From: Nemertoderma westbladi
Taxonomy: Eukaryota > Animalia > Xenacoelomorpha
Direction of reading: 5' to 3'
Length of the DNA stretch: 47,881 nucleotides
Assembly: GCA_032718475.1 (NCBI GenBank)
Contig: JAUCBJ010005457.1
Location: 1-47,881 of the forward strand
In this document: positions 25,692 to 37,600 of the stretch, piece after piece
How the letters are laid out: each line of letters opens with the position of its first letter
How positions within the stretch are numbered: position 1 is the stretch's first letter
Notes under the pieces: model-generated
Told to the model about the DNA's origin: nothing
What the model saw: the letters and a program-made list of their open reading frames with translations, nothing else
The model's database searches: none
Made by a program: the position numbers and the translations under genes

Positions 25692-25761
25692 AGAAAATGG
25701 GATTTAATTCTATAAAATATAAAAAATCACAGTTTCTAAAATATAAAAATACTCTAAACAG

Positions 25762-28700
25762 TTAGTCTTTCTTGCGCGGACGGCGTTTACGCAGTTTTTT
25801 GAGGCTAGCAAGAGTCCTTTTCTCTTTGGGGCGAGCCACTTTACTAGGAGGGCTATAAATCCTGGGTGAAGGGTGCAATACAATTGCATTGGAAGGTTTA
25901 GGATTACGGTCGGTGTATCCGCCGCTCGAGGTACCTGGTTGATCGATGTAAACCTCAGTGGAGCGAGGTCGGACGGCCTTTAGAGCGCGTTTCAGGACAG
26001 CAGCTCTTACTGGTCCCTGACGAGTCGTCTGAACGAGAGCGGTGGGTGGACCATGGGTAGTGAGAAACTTCCTCGGTTTAATGGTTCTTTCCAACTCGCG
26101 TTCTCGGGCTCGATATTCGTAGGGCCGTCGATGCACTTCCTGTAACTCTGGATGCGAGTTGATGAACAAATCGCCATACTCCGGATCTTGATGGATGAAG
26201 TTGATCAAGTTATAGGAATTAATATCGTTAGGATTAATGTTCCTGAGATATTTACGAACAAATTTGGTTGAAATACACTCACCAACACGCTTCATTAGTT
26301 CGTAACTCGGTGTGCGTGATTTTTGTTCAACAGACGCGAATAGATAAGGATGGAACGCATAAACTCCTTTGTAGGCGCGTCCAGGGTAATAGCGATGGCG
26401 TGACTCACAATGTAAATCCGCATTCGCTTCCCAAGCTCGGATGTAGCGTAGGGTAATCATTTCATCTACGCTTTCCAGATCGCGGTTAAAAGGGCAATCA
26501 AAACTGGCATGTCCTTTAAGTTGACAATGATGGCATTGAGTCATAAATTGGGGGCAGACTGCGAAAATGTGCAAGTTATTGAGTCTGCAATACGCACAAT
26601 AGATCTCCATCGCCGGTTGTTCATGGAAATAGGAGCAGGGTACGTCTGAGTCCATGGGGGTGAAATGATCTCTCGATGCGCATAATCGGCAACGTTTTCG
26701 AGAAACATAGTTGGCATGCCGATAGTCGTATGCGGTGAGACACTGTGGACCTTGATACCATTCCAAGACGTAGTCGTTGTCGCTGCTCCGGGGCGCTGTA
26801 GGCTGAATCTCCTCGGATTCTAAGCATATTGGTTCGTCTTCCAATTGCATAGCTGAGGTAGGTGTGGCTGTCTCCTCAAGCGAACCCGCTGTCTGAACTT
26901 CCACGATAGAATAACCCGTGGGGATTCGAGGTCTTTGTATAACAGAGGAATGTAAGTTCTGTATACAAACATCCTGGAAAATGGCGAATCCAGCGCTGTC
27001 TAACTTCTCAGCAGCTGAGTCTCTTAGGCTGAGCTTGGTCAGAGCGCGTTCCTTGAACTGACTATCAACGTTACGGAACGGAGTCAGAAAGCGCCAAAAG
27101 CATTCGAAGCGGATGAATTTATTGTGTTCATCTAGCTTGGCGAGTTTAGTTCCAAGTATTAAGGGATGGGCGCGTATAGTCCGACTGCACACATCAGCTA
27201 GCCAACCGGCAAGTGCGGCGTTTTCAAAGATCGTGTATATAGCTAAGGAGGGACGAAGTGGAACACTCATGAAGCTATACACGATGCCAGGTGCGGTCAA
27301 TGGTCCGTCAAAGTATAATCAAGAATAATGATCTCCATATACTTGTTGATAGTTGATAGGGTTTCCGACTTTGAAATTCCATCCGTATTCTTGAAAGGCA
27401 AGATGTCCGATGGAGGTTCGTTGTACTTTAGTAATGCCGCTGGGTGTATTGGCATACATAGTTCGGAAGAAACCTCGGCCTTCTGTCCAGGGAGCAATCA
27501 GCTGAGTATCTACGAAAGGATATGGGATATTCTCCATGTTCCGAAAGTCGTTTTGGAGATCTCCATAAACAGCTGAGCCAATTTTAAGGATTCTTTCGTT
27601 AAACAACATCTCGAGCACGGGCTGGGGTAACATCGATCCATCGATACCCATGGCCGGTTTGCGCTCGGTGTCAGTGAGGTAACGCTGCGCGAGTTCGAAT
27701 TGTCCATGTCGGAGTTTCTTTTGTATCTCGGTGAGGGTATCAAAAGAATAATCAATCACGTCGGAACACGCTCGAGTAAACACGTGGGTAGAACCAGCTA
27801 GTCCTCGTATATGTATCATGTGCGTAGTTCCCAGTTCTCCAACCGGAACGCTACCTTCGTTATCGTAAGTGACAACTCCATACATCTCGATAACGTTAAG
27901 AGTTTCGTTCCACTCTTTAGTGGCGTTTTCTAGGGTCATTCCCACTGGATGCCACAAGGTGGCGCATTCGCTAGCGTTAGGTAGATCTCTATACTTCAAA
28001 TACTGTGTAGTATATGTTTCTACATCTCCATATCATTGTATTCTCTCCTCCTCGAATAACACATCGAGATTCCAGTGGACTAATCGACTTTTGATAAATC
28101 CATCGAGATTATACGGAGGTATTACATCCTTCTCTATTCTGGAAACATAATAGGGTTTTCGGAATGAGTTCACTTTCACTAACTGATCCAGATGTTTCTG
28201 CAGTTGTTCGAGTTCGACAAGATCGAGAGGATTTTTTAGTGGTAGAAACCTTAGACTATGTGTAGGATCATCCGGTTTTACCATGTAATATTGAGTTAGA
28301 TTGACATAATAAGGGTGATCTTTGATCCCAGAAAACGAGTTCGGTAGAGGTCTAGCGCGTATGTTGACCTCGTCTACCATACGACGGACAAGATCCGCTC
28401 TATTGTCCGGAGGTTCAACGAGTATACGTTCGACACGAGCGGCCTCGATTGGTGGACGTTGCAACATAGGAACGTCAGCAATAAGATCTCGAGATCTTAG
28501 GTTGATATCAACCGGTTGAGGTTGTGCTGTGGCGAAGAGTTTGTCTCCGAAATGGGGAACCATCGAAGGATGAATGATGGTTTTAGAATAGAGATCAGTC
28601 ATAAGGATTTGAGCTTCTGGCTGGGCTAAAGCTGCTTTTTCTCTCTCATCCATTTTGATGTGTTTCTCCTCGAGCTGATTTTCCTCCGCTTGTCGTTGTA

Positions 28701-30015
28701 AATGCTCGTCTAGGAAATCTTGTAGAGAATAGGTTCTTCCAAGTTCGATGTCTTCCTCGAGGTTCTGGATTTCTCTATCGAACTGGGGTAAAGCTAATTC
28801 CTTCACCGCTTGGACTTGTTGCTGCTATTTGCGTTTCTCTAAACAATCGTAATTTCCTTTTCCGATCTTCTGCCGAATAGCGTCTAACGCGTTTCATACA
28901 ATGCTCTCCTCGACTTCGGTGACGGGTTGTATCGGGGTTAAACCGGGACGATTGTACGGGTTGAACGGCGATATTAGATGCCCGCGTCCCAATCCGGCTA
29001 GATAGGATGGGCGAATATCTAGCGAGCCCACTACCGGAGTGCCACCGATTAATTGTTCGGGTAACACAAGATCTTTAAATAGTGAGTACAGTTCAGGGGG
29101 ATCCGTTATACTATTAGGATCAAGCGTTTGAGGTCTCACTAAGGAATGAGGAGGTCCGACCGAGTATTCCGGAACTCTGATCATGGCTTTACTTAAGGAT
29201 CGTTTGAGTCGAGCGAGCGTAGGTGATACGTCGAACAAGTTTCGCTCGAAACTCCCATAGGTATAATGAGTAAAACTGTGTTTAGCGCAACGTCTCCGCG
29301 GATGTTTATGTCTTTCCGTTTGCTGGTTGGGTCTAGGGCATTCATCACAGTAATACCAAAGACACACGTCCTGCAAGGGAAATGCGGGTGATCGTTCTCC
29401 AGTTTTACAATATTCCTCCATCTGTTCGAAGCTATCTGGGACGACAGGTAGCGGTCGATCGGAGGTAAGATACATCATAGTGAAATAGAGCCATTTGAGT
29501 TCTATCATGGGGTCATGATGTATACCTTGAGGATATCGAGTTTCTAGATTCTGTTGACTGGCAATATTGAGATATGTTTCTCTCAAGAATTCCAGATAAT
29601 CGTTGAAGTCACTGCGTTTATCCGGCTCTTCAACTTCTTCTCTTTCGAGTCGGTTTCGAATAGAATTCTCGTGTTCTATTCTCGGTTTATCGTTCCGACT
29701 CCGCTGGGTATGATATTTAAATAAAACCATTTCCCTTTCGGTGTCTACATCGTCCGTGTCGTGTAAATCAATAGGATGGCCAGTAGTTAAGAAGTCCATA
29801 TACGTACCATTACGATGCGTGTAGCGAGCGGTGAATTTTCTATAGTCCAATTCACGCGTGAGTTGCTCCTGGGACATTGGCGGTTCGATATAACGACCAT
29901 CGTCCTACGTAGTAGTTGGACTAGCGTCGCCGCGTATTAAGCTATCAACAAACGCTTGTAACGGTAGAGTATATCGCTCCCTGATACCAAGATCATCTTC
30001 TATCAACTCAGTCAT
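25762..30015 (-). pseudogene. Accessory ORF2 (~1,417 codons, five in-frame stops, no frameshift): Cys/His motif, coiled coil, DEDDy 3'-5' exonuclease, CCHC knuckles, basic tail
   Basis: ORFs 28894..29877, 28033..28806, 27319..27999 and 25762..27300 share one frame, with an upstream ATG at 30015. ExoI VVTYDNEG; ExoII LEMLFNERILKIGSAVYGDL..PFVDTQ; ExoIII-like PLRPSLAIYTIFE; CAYCRLNNLHIFAVC and CHHCQLKGHASFDC; tail LKKLRKRRPRKKD. Confidence 0.85.
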
Positions 30016-31680
30016 AGCTGCTATATTAGTTTATCAATATTATAATTAGTTATAATTAGGCTAGCGGGCGTCGCTGCCTACCCCTCACGGCCTCCGGACA
30101 GTGCAAGATCCTCAGCGCCGATGTACCGTCGTGGCTGTGTTTTTCGCCAACGTAGTAGCTACACAACGACAACGATAACCAGCGCGAGTCACTCCACTGT
30201 CCATCCCAAAGGCTTAGATTTACTTCAGGTTCTTACTGCAGAGTTAGGGCTACTTTCACAACTGCGACTCGCTACTGTAAACACACTTTAGTAGTAACAT
30301 TCACCTATAATCGCACAAATTCCACACAACTGTCACAAATTGTACACATTCGGGCCATTTGTCCGTTAGTCAAGTGCCTTCCAGAATGCCACGTTATTAT
30401 TATGTATCCTTGGATACTAGCAGTGTGCTATTTATTCCTTATGCTATTCAATGGGGCAAGCTTTCTATTGTTCTTTTAACTCGCTTCTAATTCTAGCGTG
30501 GTTGTTGCTATGGTGACATTATGGAAAGCTATCAGTAGAATTAGGGTAATTCCCATGCATACAGATCTGGGATGCTATTTAATAGTAATTCTTTAATTGT
30601 CAATATCCCCTTTATACATGATTTTATGAATTTTATCGGCTATTGGCTATACATTGGAGATTCTCGCACACTAATACACTTAATAGGGTGAATCTCCACT
30701 CCCATGATCTATTAATTAATGGAATTTTGGGAATGTTATAAATTGTATAAAAATGACAATTTATCAAATTCATTAAAAGAGATGAATTTAAATTTATTCC
30801 CGTAAATTTTATTATTTAATGTTGGAATAAGCACAATTTTATTCCAGAACATGTCTGGGAACTGTGATCCTTGATTCTAGGAAATTTGTCCTTTTAAGAG
30901 TATCGGTAAGTGCTACGATATCTTAATCGACTAGAATTTTAAAGGATCTAAATTTTGACAGATTTTAATTTATAGATTTTCTAGAGTTAACTTGTAAGTA
31001 TTTACTCTATTGTATTTGTTTGACAGATTTTATAAATATTAATAGTTAATATTTGAGATGGGCACCGGTTTATTCCAGAACATGTCTGGGGACGTTAACC
31101 ATTGATTCTAGAATTTTGTCTTTCAAGTATATCGGTGGGTGCCGCGATATCTTAATCGACTAGAATTGCAGATGGTCAAAGGGTTTAACAGATTTATTTT
31201 GCGTTTTACGCTACTGTTAAAGGGACATCACGCTACTATATGTATTATTCAATATACGGTAGGAGAGCAATATTGCAAGAAGCAATGTCAGTGAGAAGAG
31301 GCAAGTCGTTTCCAAGGTCTACCCAGAGCTTGGTTTAGCCGAGACACGAGGATCTGAACTTTGCATTCCTAATACTCTACTTACCAATAATACTTGAGTA
31401 TAGTAGGAGCTTTATTGTACTTTAATAAGGAAAGGAAAGGAAAGTAAGGAAAGAGAAAAAGAATTATTTCTCGCCGTCGCACTAAATATATAATATATAA
31501 GTAATTAAGTAATAAGACTAATATATATTGCACTAATCTACTAGATAATCGCTAAAATAACATTCTACTAAATAAAATTAAAGAAAACGATTATAATAAA
31601 AGTACATAATAATACATACATAAATATAAAATAATAAAAACATATAAAATAATATAGTCACACACCCACTCCAGACGCTG

Positions 31681-34600
31681 TTACGTTGGGGAGTCCCTAG
31701 ATGTCCCTAGATTGAGTTGTTTTGTTTCGAACACAATTCCAGGTTTCTTAAAGTTACGTCGCATGACGACGAGTTCTACCGATCGCACCAAACCATCATC
31801 TGAGATATGAGTCTCGATGATACGACCTGTCTGCCACCGCTTATGTGGAAGATCTGACTCCACAATAAGGACCATGTCTCCTGCGCTGACGTTTTCTTGC
31901 TGCTCAAACCACTTAGTTCGAAGTTGTAGCGTAGGCAGATAATGTTTTTCGAAATGGTCAGCGAAACGACGGGATAACAACTGCATAAGTTGCCAAGTTT
32001 GCCGGCAGTATTCGTCTCCGTCCGTGATTTCCGATCGTGGGAGCATGGCTACAGGTTTCTTCAGTAGGAAGTGCACGGGAGTTGGCGCTTCCAGGGAATC
32101 GGGACTCGATGAGACTGGCATAAGCGGTCTCTCATTGAGATAGGCGGCGATTTCCTCCATTAACGTCCGCAAAAGTTCGTCGGTGAGATACGCGCGGCAT
32201 GGCACTATAAAGTGAAATGCTGTCTTCACGCTCCTGATTAATCTCTCCCAACTTGCTCCCCACCAAGGGGCGTCGGCGGCGTTGAAGGTCCAGCTAGACG
32301 CTGTTACCCTTAGCTGATCGTCCACCTGTCTTTGGTTCCAATCTTTGACGTAAGCCTTGATTTCATTGTTGGCACCAATGAAGTTCGTTCCCTTATCAGA
32401 TCTCATCGTGTTACTAGTTCCAAAGCGAGTGATCTGTCGGCGTAAGCTCAGTATGAAGCTATTGGTAGATAGATCATTCACCATATCGAGATGGATAGCT
32501 CTACAAGTCATACAGACAAAGATGACACACCATCTCTTGACTATAGTCCTAGCACGATATACTTCAATAGGGCCAAATAAATCCACACCGGTATTTGTGA
32601 AGGGTGGTTCATAGAAGCTTACTCGTTCCCTAGGTAATTCTGCCTCTCTCTGTGTTAAAGGCCTACTGAATGCTTTCCTACAGGGTATGCAGTTCCTAAG
32701 AACTTGGTTCAGAGCTCTACGGGGTTTATGAAAATAATAGCGAGTTCGAATTTCGCTAAGAACTCGTTCTCTACCAGCATGGTAAAGCTTACTGTGAACA
32801 TCTACAATCATCTTGATTTGTATTTCAAGATTTCTAATGAGTATGGGAAACTTAGTGTCAAAGGATAATGGAGCATTAGTTAGTCTTCCTCCAACGCGTA
32901 TTAACCCATCTATCATTGTGCTAGAGAAACGATCCCTTAAGCGCATCTGTGGATTTCTCAACAACAGGAAATACTTATCGGAATCCTCATAGCATTGCAG
33001 GAGTCTCAGTATCTGCTTATTGGTTTCTTCATGCTCCTGGTAACTGATCCTCTCCTTCAGAAATCTGTCTGATATCTTGTATTTGGGAAGATCTTTAACA
33101 ACATGGACCTGCGCAGATGTCAGTGGAGCGGTATCACTAGCGATCTTCGTCCTGGAGTAGTGATGATGAAAACATCGCTTTAAATAAGCAACGGCCTTAC
33201 AAAGCCGATTCCAGGAGCTATAGTGATGTATCGCTCTCTGCAGGAGAGGTTAGAGTCCCTGCGAGACGTCTGGTGTTCCAGATTTCCAATCTCTCTCTCT
33301 GATTTCCACAACAGACTTATTTGTGGTGGGGGATTGTGGATCCAAAGCGTCGTCTCCGGAAGTGTGTAGTACAGACAGATCTATCACGGGTTTAAATAAC
33401 TTCGATTTATTCGCCCGGGTTTTAGGTTTGACTTTCTCCGCTCCCTTGGCTTGTCTAATCTCCGCCGTGGTAAGATGAGGAGGCCATTCATCCTCTTCCT
33501 TACTTAGGAAGTCGGGTCCACCAAACCAGTCTGGAGTATCTATCAGTTCTTGTGGAGTTGCTCCCCTGGAGGCGATGTCGGCTGGATTAATCGTCCCAGG
33601 GCAATGTCTCCATTGATCTATCTTCGTGCGACTAAGTATAATGGCTACTAAGTATAATGGCTATAATAGTCGATCTGTTCTGTTACATTCCGGCCGATGG
33701 CTGTAGCGTATAGAGCCGCTTTTAACTCCGCTCGAGGAACTTTCAACTTGTTGTTTATCAAGGCCTTAGAGGTAACCAAGGCGACCTTAATTCCATCCGG
33801 AGTTTCAACTCTCAGGTAGGCTACTATACCTATTCCCATGTCGCTGGCGTCTCCAAACACATGGAGTTGATAGGAATACGTGGGGAGAACGTGACCAAAA
33901 TAAGAATGGGAAATCGTAAAATTCTCGATGGATGGTAGAGAATCTTCCCATTTCATCCACTTCTTTAATAGTTCTCCCTTACGTGGATCGTCCCACGAGT
34001 GGTTTTCAAGCCACATTTGATGTACTAAACTCCGAGCAATCAATATAACTGGGCTAATAAATCCCAATGGATCGAAATAAGTGCTCAGGATACTTAGACA
34101 AATCCGTTTAATCCGAACTGGATTATCTCGCTGTTTTAGCTGGAAAAACAGGATATCTCTCTCTGTGTCCCATTTCAAACCAAGCATCTTGGTTTCTGGA
34201 AGATCGTCCTTGATAAGGTCTAGATCTTTAACTCCTCGGTCTTCTACCGGGATCGATTCCAGAAATTCACGGGAGTTACTGGTGAATTTAGTTAATCGAA
34301 ATCCACCTCTTTTCAAGCACTCTACCGTTCCTTTGGCGACATCAATGGCTTCTTCCACCGATGGGAGGGACTTTAAATTGTTGTCCATGTATATATCCTG
34401 TTTGATGTTGTCGATAACCTCTTTGGAGAAGGCGTCCCGGTTGTCATCAGCAGTGGTGCGCACTACTGAGCAGGCGTTTGAAGGGCTCGAGATGATCCCA
34501 AAAGCCTGGATGGTCATCCAGTACTCCACCGGTTTCTGGTTGAGGTCTCCTTCAGGCCACCACAGAAATCATAGGCTGTCCCAATCCTTATCCAGCGCCT

Positions 34601-37600
34601 TAACTTGTAAGAACATGCCTTCTATATCGGAGGCGAAAGCGATCGAATATTGTCGTAATCTTAAGAGTATTCCCAATAAGGATTGGAGTAAGTTTGGTCC
34701 CGGCAACAACTCGGAGTTAAGGGATTGGCCCATGTAGAGGGTGGAGCCGTCAAATACTACCCGGACTTCGTTGGGTTTACCGGGTTTGGGAACGTAATGA
34801 TGTGTTAAATAGTACGTTCTCTCAGTTATAGGTGTTTCTTCCGGTACTCGCTCCGCATATCCCTTGTCAATGAATTTCTTCAGCTGGGTCTTGTACATCT
34901 CCTTAGCTGAAGCATTTGCCGTAAGGCGTCGATGTAGTTGCGCAATTCTCTTCTCCGCCAAGGGTCTGTTGTTTATAAAATTGGGTTCTTGCCGTCGGAA
35001 AGGCAGACCAATCTCATACCTACCTTGATCTTTAAGAAAACGGGTAGTCGTTTCCTGTATCTACTTGGCTCTTTCCTCTTCTACCGATAGGGCCTTATCG
35101 TAGGAATTGGGCTCTACAGCCTCTTGAGTAAAGAATCGTACGGCGTGTTCATCGCGAGTCTTCGTGTTGTAACGATCTATCACTTCATTCAGTTCGTCGT
35201 TGTAATCGACTTGTCCCACTGGATGGATGAGGTGACACAGGTTCACTTGGTTTTGCCAAGTTTCATTTTCTGTAAGGAGGTCGATGGTATTCTCCTCGTC
35301 GAATAGTTGATGTATATCGTCATTATCTGAGGAGTATGGTGTTCCCTCAGGTGTGTCGTCTCCCTCACTGATTTCCTCTTCCCATTCACTCACCTGGTAG
35401 ACCTGTTCTTTAGGTAGCCTTTCCATGAGAGTTCTACGGGAAGGTCCAGTAAAGTACCAACCTACTCTAGTTCTTCCCGCATAGGTTTGCAGTGGTTGCG
35501 GTTGAGCAGGCCGTTTCTCTAATGTCTCAAGCGCCTCATGCGCATTTTGGCCGATGAGTATTTGTACCCCTGGGTAGTCGGTGTTGAATCTAGGTATCTC
35601 ATGCTGCTGGGTGAAATCGTCTTCATCCCAGTTATAAGGTTCCACTTGGCTGGTAGCGAAGTTCTTTATCGCCACCATTTTTACTGACCTTATACTGTGT
35701 TCTCCTAGTTCATCCTGGGGGGTGGACAACGCGCCTACATAGTAGTCTGTAGCTACTGTAGATTTCCAAACCTGCATAATTCCTGAAAGGTTCAACTTAG
35801 TTCGGAACTTGGGTTGTCCAGCAAAGATGTCTTCGGCTAGTTCTTTGTCGATGAATGTTCCTGTGCTGCTGGAATCAAGGAGGGCGTTCACTATATAGCT
35901 CCTTTTTAACCCATGGACTCTCAACTGCACACCGGGAAATTCTCGGATTCCTACGTTGGAAGTTGGCGCTTTCCAAGATGGTTGTCGGTCAGGAATAGTT
36001 AGGGGAAGCTCACTATCGGTTTCAGTCTCATACGTAAGTGCTCGATACACTGCAGTGTTTATTAGATAACAGGATTCGTTTTCGTCGGAGAATTCATCCG
36101 TGTAGAATCCTTCCATCTCAGAACTGAGGTCAGTGTCGTTCACATCACTGAATTGGACATGTAGTTCGGACTCACTTACCTGACTCGGGCTGTTTCTTTC
36201 GAATTCGGTGTGCAATAAGATATGATGTTTCGCGCCGCACTTAGCACATCTTGCGTCGGAGTAAAAGGTTCGCCGTTGGTGTCCTTGTCTGAGACAATTA
36301 TAACACAACCGCTTATCCCACATGACTTCGCGTCTATCTTTTAGGGATTTCTTTAAGAATTCCTCACACACACTTAAACGGTGGGGCCCGTTGCACAACG
36401 CACATTTTGGTTTGATGTTACTTACTTTACCTTGGGTAGTGTTGTGCACACTCGTTCTTTCCTCGGGCTTTCTTCCATGAACACTCTTAGGAGACGTAGG
36501 AGGAGTTTTTGTTACCTGTTCTCTCCTGTCACTGTTTCGAGACTTAAATTTACTTACGTCTTTGGGTGCCTTGTTGACATAATAAGATATTTCGGTGTCT
36601 TTCCCGTTGTTCTCCTCTTGAGAGGCCTGGCTTTCGCCATCGTCTGTATAACACACTGGTGTTACCTTTCTCCTAGAAACGGGTTTCTCACTTATCTTAT
36701 TTTCTGGTGTCTTCTCTCTGGACTGCTTTAGGAGCTGTAATTTTACCTCTCCATCCAAGAATGACATGAGATCAGCCATGGTAGGGTCTCTTCGTTGTTG
36801 TTCCATCATATATAGAACTCTTTTGTCCCAACGAGTTCCCACTCCACCCTTTGGCAAGGTAGATGCTACTGCTCCAATAACCATAGAACTCTGATATTCA
36901 TGAGACTTACCTAGCCAATCTAATTGTCTACAAATCTCCTGGATCTCATCGGAAAATTCTATAATTCCGCTGCTAAGAAACTTTCGGGGCGCTACCAATT
37001 TCGCATACAAATACCTAGCTATGTTATTCCTATTACCATACCTGATGTTTAGTGTATCCCAAACTTGTCTTAATCCATCTGGATGTCCAATAAACTTTAA
37101 CGCCATTAACTTGGGAGATCCTTCCAAGCACTCGATGAGGAATCTAAGTTTCTCTCCGTTAGATAGCACAGAGTTCTGTATGTTATCTTTATAATATTCA
37201 TTAAAAGGTAACCATTTCATCTCATCTCCGTTGAACTTGACGATCTCTCCCACCTTTACCGCTTGACGGGCTTCGGTTCTAGCCATTTGACGCGTAAAAC
37301 TTTCTTGGGCCATCGTATTATTTAATATCGAGTTATCGGTATATAAATTTCTCGGATTATTATGAGGTCTATATGGAATATCATTGTCAACAGGTTTATA
37401 ATTACCCTTAATAGGGTTTACTATAGGAGTTTCTACTTCACTAGCAGTATAGATGCGTGTAGGCTCCACACCTTGCGCATGAAATACTTCAGACCTAACA
37501 GGTTGACACATTGTTACAGAGGGTGGTGGTATACCCTTTTGTAGATATACTAACTTATCGCGTTCTAACGCGATACTCTGCTGCACTTCCTGCAATTCTA

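Noticed and set aside
25762-30015. ORF2 as an env gene
   Set aside because: No signal peptide, transmembrane anchor or fusion-protein pattern is visible; it has nuclease, zinc-knuckle and NLS-like motifs instead.
30525-30545. Minus-strand TAATTCTACTGATAG resembling a Cas12a repeat
   Set aside because: A single short occurrence in a eukaryotic retroelement with no array or cas genes.
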